A stretch of DNA of 53,409 bases from a bacterium (lineage in GTDB: Bacteria > DUMJ01): positions 1-53,409 of the forward strand of contig JACIXS010000123.1 of NCBI GenBank assembly GCA_014360335.1, read 5' to 3'. Positions 10,395 through 19,498 of the stretch are shown one piece after another (position 1 is the first letter of the stretch; every line of letters begins with the position of its first letter). The translations under genes were made by a program, and so were the position numbers. The notes beneath the pieces are model-generated. The model was given only the letters and a program-made list of their open reading frames with translations. It had not been told where the DNA came from and searched no databases.

Positions 10395-10937
10395 ATGAAT
10401 AACGAGCTACTGGGATATATAACTACTAGGGTATTTGAGGGACCTACCTATTTGGGAGGGATATTAATAGTTGATAAAAAGGGTATTCCTATAGAATTCA
10501 AATATGTAGAACCCATAAAACCCTCTAAACTACAGACTCTTTTATATGGAAATACAATGGATAGATATATCCGGGTGGAAAGTGTAGGTATCCCGCTGGT
10601 AGATGCAGTAGAACGTAAACCTGCTATACTCTTTATAAGAGAAGAACCATTTCTAGAAGAATCCAAATGGTCCTTTCCTATTATATCTATAAGTAGATAC
10701 AAAGGTGAGGTTTTGTCAAACTTAGGAGATTTTAAGGAATTAGAAATAGGAGAATACATTGTTAAAATAGACTCTAATCTTCCAGTACGAGTGAGAGTAG
10801 ATAAGAGATATAGAGAAAAGTTACAAGAGTTGGTTTCTCTTTTAATAGAAATAGGACAAAATTTTGATATAATGGAGCCGTTTACCAGATTAGAAGAGGC
10901 TATAAAGTTTATATGGAGAGAACAGAGAAAGTCTTAG
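10395..10937 (+). CDS. Conserved-looking hypothetical protein
   Basis: 180 aa ORF in operon context; motif-like GGILIVD..G.P.EF....P.KP..LQ.LLYG; function not recognised. Confidence 0.7.
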   Translation: MNNELLGYITTRVFEGPTYLGGILIVDKKGIPIEFKYVEPIKPSKLQTLLYGNTMDRYIRVESVGIPLVDAVERKPAILFIREEPFLEESKWSFPIISISRYKGEVLSNLGDFKELEIGEYIVKIDSNLPVRVRVDKRYREKLQELVSLLIEIGQNFDIMEPFTRLEEAIKFIWREQRKS

Positions 10938-11476
10938 AAGAGGTTTATAAAGTTCTAGGAATAGCCTTTACCCCTAAAATAATAGATATACCTATACACA
11001 GTACAGAGATCAATTCACTAGATGTAAATTTGGTTACCCGAATCTCTAAGTATGAGATAGGAAAGATATCTAACCCAGTGGTTGAAGTTACTGTGGCTTT
11101 AGACACAGAAGGGAAAATAAAGAGGAAAATAATTGATATCCCTATCTTTTTTCTTGTAAATATAGTTACCGATTTAGTTATTATAAATAGTATCTTTATC
11201 AAGAGATATCCTAATTCCTGGAGGAATTTACCCGAAGAGACAAAAGTAAAACTGCTAACAGAAATTAAAGCTAAGTGGCCTCAATATTTAGAAGGGATAA
11301 AAATAATAGGAGTATACAATGATATTCCCATAGGAAGAGTTAAAAGTATAAGGGTAGACGAAAGAACAGGGATACTATCTTTTAATTTAAAAGAAGAATC
11401 TGTAGAGGAAAATAGAGTAAATTTACTAGTATTTAAATTTTTAAAGGACGAAACATTGAGGTCAATAGCATTCTAG
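10913..11476 (+). CDS. Hypothetical protein
   Basis: 187 aa ORF overlapping the upstream gene, GAGG upstream; no recognised motif. Confidence 0.6.
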   Translation: MERTEKVLEEVYKVLGIAFTPKIIDIPIHSTEINSLDVNLVTRISKYEIGKISNPVVEVTVALDTEGKIKRKIIDIPIFFLVNIVTDLVIINSIFIKRYPNSWRNLPEETKVKLLTEIKAKWPQYLEGIKIIGVYNDIPIGRVKSIRVDERTGILSFNLKEESVEENRVNLLVFKFLKDETLRSIAF

Positions 11477-11478
11477 AC

Positions 11479-12444
11479 TCATAGAGAAGATGTATAGTCT
11501 AAATCTTCCCACTTCCCACATCTTCCACCAAGTCGTGCTACTAATTTGCCTTCAATAAAGACATTTGTAATCTCACAGAGGTTAGAACATCCCCTACACT
11601 CAAAACCCTTCGTAGTAATATCCTGTTCTGTAATATCGAAACCTTTAAATTTACTCTCTTTTATATTAGCTTCCTGAGCTAACAAGCCTGCTCCTATAGC
11701 TCCCATAAGTGAGAAATATGGTGGAACTATGATTTCGGTTCCTAAGGCTCTTTCAAAGGCTACTTTTATACCTTTATTGGCAGCAACTCCTCCCTGGAAA
11801 AGTATTGGAGGTAGTATCTCTTTCCCTCTCCCAACATTACTTAAATAGTTTCTCACTAATGCTTCGCACAATCCAAATAGTATGTCCTCTCTTTTATGTC
11901 CCAATTGCTGTTTGTGAATCATATCTGATTCTGCAAAGACAGTGCATCTTCCTGCAATCCTTACTGGTTTATGAGACCTCAAGGCAACATCCCCAAACTC
12001 TTCTATAGGTATACCGAGCCTCTGCGCTTGATGGTCTAGAAAAGAACCAGTTCCCGCAGCACATACAGAATTCATAGCAAAGTCAACCACTATGCCATCC
12101 CTTATGATGATGATCTTCGAATCTTGACCACCTATTTCTATTATTGTCTGAACTTTCGGATTATAGTGTAAGCCTGCAACAGCATGGGCGGTAATCTCGT
12201 TTTTTATAACATCAGCTCCAACTACTGCCCCTATCAAAAACCTAGCGCTACCTGTAACTCCAACTCCATCTATCTTTAGGTCACTCCCAAACTGGGATTT
12301 TATCTTGAAAAGTCCGTCCCTAACAGCCTTTATCGGGTCCCCAGCAGTTCTAAGATAAAGCCCTACTATGAGATTTCCGCTTTCGTCTATAACCGCTATA
12401 TCTGTACTTACAGAACCAACATCTATCCCTAGAAACCTTTTCAT
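11479..12444 (-). CDS. Acyl-CoA dehydratase activase (BadF/BadG/BcrA/BcrD ASKHA ATPase, Fe-S)
   Basis: GIDVGSVST, EIGGQDSK, MNSVCAAGTGSFLD.QA.RL, RCTVFAESD, QGGVAAN, C-terminal CRGCSNLC...GGRC. Confidence 0.9.
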   Translation of the reverse strand: MKRFLGIDVGSVSTDIAVIDESGNLIVGLYLRTAGDPIKAVRDGLFKIKSQFGSDLKIDGVGVTGSARFLIGAVVGADVIKNEITAHAVAGLHYNPKVQTIIEIGGQDSKIIIIRDGIVVDFAMNSVCAAGTGSFLDHQAQRLGIPIEEFGDVALRSHKPVRIAGRCTVFAESDMIHKQQLGHKREDILFGLCEALVRNYLSNVGRGKEILPPILFQGGVAANKGIKVAFERALGTEIIVPPYFSLMGAIGAGLLAQEANIKESKFKGFDITEQDITTKGFECRGCSNLCEITNVFIEGKLVARLGGRCGKWEDLDYTSSL

Positions 12445-13526
12445 CCTGCCATCCTCCGTCTTTTCTTAGTTTTTAACATATCGATAAAGGCTTCAATCCT
12501 AGTTGTTATACCGGCTAATCCTGTCTGTTCATCTATGGAGAGTGTTAATACAGGTATATCGTAATCTTTACTTACCCTTTCTAAGATCCCCTCTGCCACT
12601 ATTTCAGGCATACAAGTAAACGGTGAAAGATGAATTACACCATCAAATCCTCTTTCTGCGAATTCTATCGTATGTGCCACTGTTCTCTGTCCTTCCCCTC
12701 CAACAGAACGTTTTATATATGGGAGAGCTACTCTAGTCCTTTCCTCGATATCTTTGTTTCTAAAAAGAGGCAAGTATATTCTGACAATATCTTCTATATA
12801 AAATGCATTTTCAGCCCAAACACCAAGTTCTCCTAGTCTTCGAGCTATCTCAAAGTTAGTAAAATGGTCTAATACGACATAGAATTCACCAACTATACCT
12901 ATCTTTACCAACTCTTCTAAACTATCCTCATCTATGATACTATCCATAGTTTCTCTGTATTCTGACAATACTTGTCTTACCTGTGAAATACTACCCGCTT
13001 GGTCTAGTTTTTTATGTGTTTCTCTTACTATATTATCCACTTCTCCTTTGTACCTCTCAAAAGGTCTTGCTTTTCTCGATATCTTTTCTATCTTATCAAG
13101 AGCTAATACTTTCTCCCAGGCAAGGCGAAGTGCTTTTATTACTTTAATAACACTATTACCATTTACTATTTTCTTTATACTTCTAAAAAGATTCATCCAA
13201 CCATTAGAGAGGTCTAAAACTATCCAATCCATATCGTATCCTAGATCCTTGAGTATACGCCTCTGAACCTCTGCATAATATCCAAAACGGCATGGTCCTA
13301 TTCCTCCTAACATAAGGATTGTATCTGCACCCTTTTCTATCGATTCTATGTAATTACCTAGAGTAATCTTTAAAGGAAGACATGCAAATTCGGGTGCGTA
13401 TTTTACCCCTATAGACAGGGTTCTATTTGTAGAAGGAGGAGGAGGGATCACCTCGTGCCCAAAATCTCTAAGAAAAGACTCAATGGCTATTCTAGCATCA
13501 CCAAACGGAGGATAGGTTATCTTCAT
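12441..13526 (-). CDS. 2-hydroxyacyl-CoA dehydratase (HGD-D)-like / PlsR-like Fe-S protein
   Basis: PEFACLPLK..LGN, GPCRFGYY, GIVGEFYV, PFTCMPE, DEQTG.AG..TRIEAF. Confidence 0.8.
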   Translation of the reverse strand: MKITYPPFGDARIAIESFLRDFGHEVIPPPPSTNRTLSIGVKYAPEFACLPLKITLGNYIESIEKGADTILMLGGIGPCRFGYYAEVQRRILKDLGYDMDWIVLDLSNGWMNLFRSIKKIVNGNSVIKVIKALRLAWEKVLALDKIEKISRKARPFERYKGEVDNIVRETHKKLDQAGSISQVRQVLSEYRETMDSIIDEDSLEELVKIGIVGEFYVVLDHFTNFEIARRLGELGVWAENAFYIEDIVRIYLPLFRNKDIEERTRVALPYIKRSVGGEGQRTVAHTIEFAERGFDGVIHLSPFTCMPEIVAEGILERVSKDYDIPVLTLSIDEQTGLAGITTRIEAFIDMLKTKKRRRMAG

Positions 13527-14475
13527 ACTGTTTCCTCCTGATTAACATATCTACAAAAGCCTCAAGTCTAGTAATAAGTCCCAATTCACTTGAATGCTCG
13601 TCAATAGTGATAGTTATCTCAGGGAAATTAATAGGCTTAGTTAGATCTCTCTCTATAAGTTCTCTTACAAGAGAGTCAGGACCACAGCCAAAAGCTACAA
13701 CCATAATAATGCCATCCACTAATCCTTTTCTTATGAAATACCTAGCGGTACCGTAAAGTTCCCTTCCAAATGTCCAAAATAGCTTCTTTGGAAGGACGTT
13801 GGCTTCTCTTAATATGGCTCTCCAATCTATCATCTCCATAGATAACACCTTTACACCAAGACGATTTAGTATCTTTATCATTCCACCACTTATAAATTCA
13901 TCATATATCTCATAACAGTGTCCAACAATGCCTATCTTTATATTGAAGTCCTCTCCTCCGTAGTTTTTTCCATCAAGTATATCTAGTGGGGTAATTCCCC
14001 TTCTCAGCTCTTCGTTATAAGATTTAAGTGCCTTCAGTCCCTCTGTATATGCCTGTATTATTTTTAGGCTGTTCTTGGTAAAAAGTCTACCTAGTTCTAA
14101 GAAACTTTTAAAAAATCCAGTTAAAGAATTTCTCTTATCTATGGTTGGATCTATAATAGGTGGTATATCTAGACTTGCATTTCTTATCATATCAGGGATG
14201 CCTATAAACTTCGGACACATATAAGTTCTATATTCTAAGCCAACTATTCTTGGTAAAAAAATAAAGTCGACCTTATCCTTTAAATCTAATATATGTCCAT
14301 AGACTAACTTTATAGGTATACAAGCCTCACTAACAGATTTCTCTACAGATATGTCCACTATCTCTTTATTTGTTATAGAAGAAGGAACAACTTCTAAACC
14401 TAAGGCTTCAAAGAAAGCTTTCCACATAGGATAGTATCTGTAAAATAGGAGCACTCTTGGTATTCCAATTCTCAT
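13498..14475 (-). CDS. DUF2229 activase-related Fe-S protein (PlsA C-terminal-like)
   Basis: GIPRVL..Y...P.W..FF..LG, C.P.K..YGH, CPKFIG.PD, FGCGPDS, IDEH....G..TRLEAF. Confidence 0.8.
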   Translation of the reverse strand: MRIGIPRVLLFYRYYPMWKAFFEALGLEVVPSSITNKEIVDISVEKSVSEACIPIKLVYGHILDLKDKVDFIFLPRIVGLEYRTYMCPKFIGIPDMIRNASLDIPPIIDPTIDKRNSLTGFFKSFLELGRLFTKNSLKIIQAYTEGLKALKSYNEELRRGITPLDILDGKNYGGEDFNIKIGIVGHCYEIYDEFISGGMIKILNRLGVKVLSMEMIDWRAILREANVLPKKLFWTFGRELYGTARYFIRKGLVDGIIMVVAFGCGPDSLVRELIERDLTKPINFPEITITIDEHSSELGLITRLEAFVDMLIRRKQYEDNLSSVW

Positions 14476-15431
14476 GGTATCAACTCTTTGGCTTGAACGG
14501 TATTAGATGAGGTTTCCAACTCAGTAAAGAGTAAACTTACAAGTTTATTTGTTTCCTCCAGATTAGGATACCAATAACCATTATTAGGTGAACCAGGTAA
14601 TGTAGTTGTCTTTAGCTGTATATCACTCTTTTCACGAGCAAAAAATGTCGCAAGACTAACCATTTCTGGTACTGGAAGATTTGTATGTACATACTTTGTT
14701 AACTCTTGAATTAATGTTGGCACTCGAATTATTACGTTAGGTTTTGTAACTTGTGATAGCAGTGCATAAAGGAACTTCTGTTGTCTTTCGATTCTTCCTA
14801 TATCTCCCATTGGGTCGTGTCTAAACCTTACGTATCCTTCTGCCTGTACTCCATTTAAACGTTGATATCCCTTTTTAAGGTCTATATAGAGTTTACCCCA
14901 GCTATCTTTATATTTCATATCCTTTTCAACATAAATCTCTACTCCACCTATAGCATCTACCATCTTTTTAAAGGCATCAGGGTCAAGGAGAACATAGTAA
15001 TCTATCTTTATCCCTAACAGATTTTCTATTACTTCTATAGCTAATGGAATACCTCCAAAGTGGTAAGCAGAGTTTATCTTATTTCTCCCATACCCAGGTA
15101 TGTCTACTACAGTATCCCTCGGAATCGAGATACCATTTACTCTTTTATTACTACAATCTACGTGGAAGACCATAATTGTGTCAGTTCTACCACTGTCTAG
15201 GCGCCTACCTCTATTATCGTAATCATAATCTCTCCCTAGAAGAACTATATTGAAGGAGGATGGTCCGTAGAAGATTTTATGTGTAAAGGACATTATCTCT
15301 GAGGGATTGTGTACTATGTCCTTTATGCTCTTTCCGCTTTTATAGTATAAGAATAACCATCCTCCAACTACAGTAGTTATACAAACAATAAGTATTATAC
15401 AGAAGAAGATAACAAGTTTCTTCTTTAACAT
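14472..15431 (-). CDS. LytR-CpsA-Psr (LCP) family glycopolymer transferase
   Basis: N-terminal TM helix; GRTDTIM, SIPRD, KINSAY, VDAIGGV, YVRFRH, GDIGRIERQQ. Confidence 0.93.
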   Translation of the reverse strand: MLKKKLVIFFCIILIVCITTVVGGWLFLYYKSGKSIKDIVHNPSEIMSFTHKIFYGPSSFNIVLLGRDYDYDNRGRRLDSGRTDTIMVFHVDCSNKRVNGISIPRDTVVDIPGYGRNKINSAYHFGGIPLAIEVIENLLGIKIDYYVLLDPDAFKKMVDAIGGVEIYVEKDMKYKDSWGKLYIDLKKGYQRLNGVQAEGYVRFRHDPMGDIGRIERQQKFLYALLSQVTKPNVIIRVPTLIQELTKYVHTNLPVPEMVSLATFFAREKSDIQLKTTTLPGSPNNGYWYPNLEETNKLVSLLFTELETSSNTVQAKELIP

Positions 15432-15439
15432 ATCTAAGA

Positions 15440-17515
15440 TTAAGCTTCTTCCTTTTCCTTTTCTTTCCTACTATTAGCTATGATCTCTTCTGCTATCTTA
15501 CTAGGAACTACATCGTAATGAGAAAATTCTACCTTGTACTTACCCCTTCCTTGAGTTATAGATTTAAGGTCTATAGAGTATCTAAGTATTTCAGCCATAG
15601 GAACATGAGCCTTTATAACTTGGTATTTACCCTGTGGTTCCATTCCAATAATCTTAGCCCTTTTACTATTTAGGTCCGCTATGCAATCACCCATAAACTC
15701 TTCCGGGACCATAACCTCGAGGTACATAATAGGCTCAAGTAGAACCGGGTTAGCTTCAGCTGCTCCCTTCTTTAATGCCATGGAACCAGCTATCTTAAAT
15801 GCCATATCGGAAGAGTCCACAGGATGGTAAGAACCATCTACTAGAGTAACCCTTATATCAACTAGAGGATATCCTGCTAAAACTCCTTCTTCCATAGCCT
15901 CTTTTATGCCCTTTTCAACAGAAGGTCTATAGTTTTGGGGAATAGCTCCTCCAAATATCTTATCTATAAATTCGTAACCTCCACCCCTAGGAAGAGGTTC
16001 TATCTCTATCCAGCAATCTCCATACTGTCCTCTACCACCGGTCTGACGCTTATACTTACCCTGAACTTTTACCTTAGTAGTTATCGTCTCCCTATAGGGA
16101 ATCTTAGGTAGTTCAGTATCTACTTCAACACCAAATTTTCTCTTAATCCTCTCTAGTATCACCTCTATGTGTAGGTCTCCTAAACCAGAGACTATAGTCT
16201 GATGAGTCTCCGTATTATAGTAGCTTATAAAAGTAGGGTCTTCCTCCTGAAGTCTACTAAGGGCATTACTAAGTTTCTCTTCATCACCTTTTGACTTAGG
16301 AATAACCGCTACAGAGTATAATGGATGGGGGAATTTGATTGGAGCATATCTTACAGGATAAGATTTGTCGCATAAGGTATCTGAAGTTCCTAAGGATTGA
16401 ACCTTTGCAACCACCCCTATGTCACCAGTGATTATTTCTCCTGTCGGTTCTTGTGTCTTACCCTTTGGGTAAGCTAAATGCCCTATCTTTTCCTCTACTC
16501 CTTTAGTTATATTCAGTAGAGTCGTATCAGATTTCAGTACTCCTGTATAGACCTTAAATAGAGCCAATTTCCCAACAAAAGGATCCGCTGTAATTTTAAA
16601 GACGAAGGCAGAAGGAGGCTTAGAGAAGTCAAGATTAGTTAAGGTAATACTTCCATCTTCATTTAGAACTTCTACCTTGCCTTCTTCAGGTGAGGGTAAA
16701 AGGTCTTTGATTGTATCTAGTAGTTGATGTACCCCTATATTTTTAATAGCAGATCCACATAGTAATGGAAATGCTTTGCCTTCTCTTATAGCGGTTCTCA
16801 TTCCTTTTAGTATCTCTTCATCAGAAATAGTTTCGCCCTCTAGATATTTTTGAAGTAATTCATCATCATTTTCTACTACAGCTTCTATAAGATGCTCCCT
16901 TAGTTCTTCTATTCTATCCTTATACTCTCCAGGTAGAGTAATCTCTTGATAAGTACCATTAGAGAATTTATAGGCCTTTTTAGTTAGTATATCAATTATA
17001 CCGGAAAAGTTTTCCTGCTCTCCAAGAGGGAATTGAAGGGCAAAAATCTTATTAGATAACTTTTCTCTTAGCTCATTATATACTTTGGAAAAATTTGCAC
17101 CTTCTCTATCTAATCTATTCAGGAATATTATTCTGGGTTTACCTTGCTCTTCCAATATGTCCCAGAGTATCTCTGTATTAACCTGGACCCCTGAAGATGC
17201 ACAGACTAGCATTATTGCACTTTCTGCTACTTTTATTCCAGATAGAATATCTCCGATAAAGTCTGAATACCCAGGGGTATCTATAATGTTTATCTTGCAT
17301 TCCTTCCAAGGTATAGGAAAGACTTTTAACATAATAGTAGTCTTTCTCTTTATCTCTTCTGGCTCTGAGTCTACATTGCTGTTTCCAGCATCTACGCTAC
17401 CTAATCTATCTACTAATTTAGCGTTAAATAGAATAGCATCAGCAAGTGATGTTTTACCCACTCCACCATGAGAGAGTAAAACCACATTCCTAATCTTCCC
17501 TGTTTCTAATTTCAT
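15440..17515 (-). CDS. fusA2: Elongation factor G paralogue (EF-G2)
   Basis: Full EF-G architecture (DTPG, NRLD, GDLHIE, YRET, QTGGRGQYG, DGSYH.VDSS, LLEPIM); G1 is SHGGVGKTS rather than AHIDAGKTT; not in the rpsL-rpsG operon. Confidence 0.9.
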   Translation of the reverse strand: MKLETGKIRNVVLLSHGGVGKTSLADAILFNAKLVDRLGSVDAGNSNVDSEPEEIKRKTTIMLKVFPIPWKECKINIIDTPGYSDFIGDILSGIKVAESAIMLVCASSGVQVNTEILWDILEEQGKPRIIFLNRLDREGANFSKVYNELREKLSNKIFALQFPLGEQENFSGIIDILTKKAYKFSNGTYQEITLPGEYKDRIEELREHLIEAVVENDDELLQKYLEGETISDEEILKGMRTAIREGKAFPLLCGSAIKNIGVHQLLDTIKDLLPSPEEGKVEVLNEDGSITLTNLDFSKPPSAFVFKITADPFVGKLALFKVYTGVLKSDTTLLNITKGVEEKIGHLAYPKGKTQEPTGEIITGDIGVVAKVQSLGTSDTLCDKSYPVRYAPIKFPHPLYSVAVIPKSKGDEEKLSNALSRLQEEDPTFISYYNTETHQTIVSGLGDLHIEVILERIKRKFGVEVDTELPKIPYRETITTKVKVQGKYKRQTGGRGQYGDCWIEIEPLPRGGGYEFIDKIFGGAIPQNYRPSVEKGIKEAMEEGVLAGYPLVDIRVTLVDGSYHPVDSSDMAFKIAGSMALKKGAAEANPVLLEPIMYLEVMVPEEFMGDCIADLNSKRAKIIGMEPQGKYQVIKAHVPMAEILRYSIDLKSITQGRGKYKVEFSHYDVVPSKIAEEIIANSRKEKEKEEA

Positions 17516-17641
17516 CTGCTTCCCTCCAATACCATTTTATAGTAAATAATCTCTTTGCAAAATTAGCAGCTCTTCTTCTAATAATATTAGCATAGAATGC
17601 TATAGATAGCCAAGTACCAGCCCTATATCGTTTTTTAAAGC

Positions 17642-18916
17642 TTACTTTTCCTTCACTATCTTTTGATTGTCATCGTATAAACTTGAATTTTTCTCCAATA
17701 CCCTAAATAGGGCAGAAACTACTTTAGGGTCTAATTGTGTACCCATACTTCTAGAAAGTTCCGCCTTAGCCTCTTCTATTCCTCTTCTCCTTGAATAGGG
17801 TCTATCGGTAGTTATGGCATCAAAGGCATCTGCACAAGCTATTATACGACTTTCCAAAGGGATCTCTTCCCCTTTTAGATTATCTGGATATCCATTTCCA
17901 TTGTATCTCTCATGATGATGTCTTATCCAAAGAGGGACCTCTTTAAACCTAGAGACCTCTTTAGATATATCCGCACCTATAATTGGGTGTCTATAAATCT
18001 GTAACCATTCCTCTCTAGTAAGTTTGTCCGGTTTATTTAGTATGTTTAAAGGAAGTCCTATCTTACCTAAGTCATGTAATAAGGCTGCGTTTCTTATCCT
18101 TTCTACCTGGACTTCGCTAAGTCCCATTTCTCTTGCTATGTCTTCAGATAACTGTGCTACCCTTAGAGAGTGATTACTGGTATAGCTATCGAAGACCCCT
18201 AAAAGCTTTATAAGGGTAGATATGGCTTGGTCATATGTTCTACTTACTTCACTAGCCAGTATAAAGAGATATCTAGCGATAAATACAGGAACTATATATA
18301 TTGGCATAACTATAGGTCCTAATAATTTATAACTTTGTGCTATTACTAGAGCCAAGAAGAAGTGTAAAAGATATGTAATAATAGATATGTTTGATATATA
18401 GTAGACCCAAGTCCCTATAAATCCCCTCCCCTTGTCTATAGAAATCGCCAGACTTAAAAGAGTAACGTTAGAGAACCAATAAATAAGGGCTACAGATAGA
18501 GCTACTAAAAAATAACGCCATCCAAAATCGAGAGAGGGACCCTTTAGAATTTCATACATTAATCCGGATAACCCAGCGCATATCATTAAATTCGCCCTAT
18601 TAAATATGAATCTCCTAGGATCATGAGATTTAAAGTTAAGTTCCTCAGGACTTATCGAGCCTAGCCCATTCAATAGTATCCCTATAGGAGCTCCGAAAAG
18701 TAATATCCCTGCATAAGAAACTATGAAACCCATAGAAAGTGCAATCTGCCTGCCTGGTATTTCAACAGGAAAAGCCTCTAATATTAGAGCCAAAGCAAAG
18801 AATATAAGTACATCAGTTAGTCCTGCCCTAAAAGGATAGGACTTAATCACATATGTAGACAGAGCTATAGCAAGTACAGAAAGTACATAGATGAGTCTAT
18901 TTATCTCTTTTCTCAT
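17642..18916 (-). CDS. Membrane-anchored HD-GYP cyclic dinucleotide phosphodiesterase
   Basis: About 220 aa multi-TM N-terminus; HSLRVA, LHDLGK, HP..G, HHHERYNGNGYP, DAFDA.T.DRPY. Confidence 0.9.
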   Translation of the reverse strand: MRKEINRLIYVLSVLAIALSTYVIKSYPFRAGLTDVLIFFALALILEAFPVEIPGRQIALSMGFIVSYAGILLFGAPIGILLNGLGSISPEELNFKSHDPRRFIFNRANLMICAGLSGLMYEILKGPSLDFGWRYFLVALSVALIYWFSNVTLLSLAISIDKGRGFIGTWVYYISNISIITYLLHFFLALVIAQSYKLLGPIVMPIYIVPVFIARYLFILASEVSRTYDQAISTLIKLLGVFDSYTSNHSLRVAQLSEDIAREMGLSEVQVERIRNAALLHDLGKIGLPLNILNKPDKLTREEWLQIYRHPIIGADISKEVSRFKEVPLWIRHHHERYNGNGYPDNLKGEEIPLESRIIACADAFDAITTDRPYSRRRGIEEAKAELSRSMGTQLDPKVVSALFRVLEKNSSLYDDNQKIVKEK

Positions 18917-19473
18917 GAGGTAACCTCTATAAGCCCGTATCCTCCTTCTTTTCTAGCATACACAACATTTACTTCTGAAGTATCTGCATTTATAAAGATA
19001 AAGAAATCATGGCCAAGAAGTTCCATCTGAAGTAATGCCTCTTCCACCGACATAGGGGTAATATTTAATCTCTTTCTCCTTACAATCCTGTCAGATAGAG
19101 CCCCTTCTTCGGACTCCTCTATTTGGATAACCTCTTCTGGTCCTTCGATTCTTTCACTTGGCTTCGATCTACTCCTATCTAATAATTTGCCTTTAAAAGT
19201 TTTTATCCTTCTTTCTAGTTTGTCTACTACCAGGTCTACAGATGCGTACATATCTGAGGTTGACTCTTGAGCCCTTATTATCTTACCATTTATTCTTGCA
19301 GTTACCTCAACTTTCTGTGTGGTACCTGAACTTTTACTGTTACCAGTGCTGAGTACTACCTGAATATCAGAGATTCGACTGAAAAATCTATCTAACTTGC
19401 CTAGTTTTTTCTTTATATAGCTTTCTAAAGCCTCAGTAACTTCTATGTTTCTTCCTTTTATAACTATATCCAT
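18913..19473 (-). CDS. hpf: Ribosome hibernation promoting factor, long form (HPF/RaiA)
   Basis: IKGRNIEVTEAL..YI.KK, DMYASVD, C-terminal PMSVEEA.LQMELLGHDFF.F.N..T..VNVVY.R..GGYGLIE; AGGAGGA RBS. Confidence 0.96.
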   Translation of the reverse strand: MDIVIKGRNIEVTEALESYIKKKLGKLDRFFSRISDIQVVLSTGNSKSSGTTQKVEVTARINGKIIRAQESTSDMYASVDLVVDKLERRIKTFKGKLLDRSRSKPSERIEGPEEVIQIEESEEGALSDRIVRRKRLNITPMSVEEALLQMELLGHDFFIFINADTSEVNVVYARKEGGYGLIEVTS

Positions 19474-19498
19474 GAATATCTCCTCCTAAAAATGTTAT

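Noticed and set aside
17642-18916. HD protein as a Cas3''/Cas10 HD nuclease partnering the RAMP
   Set aside because: It has the full HD-GYP signature (HHERYNG.GYP, DRPY) and a multi-TM N-terminus, typical of cyclic dinucleotide phosphodiesterases.
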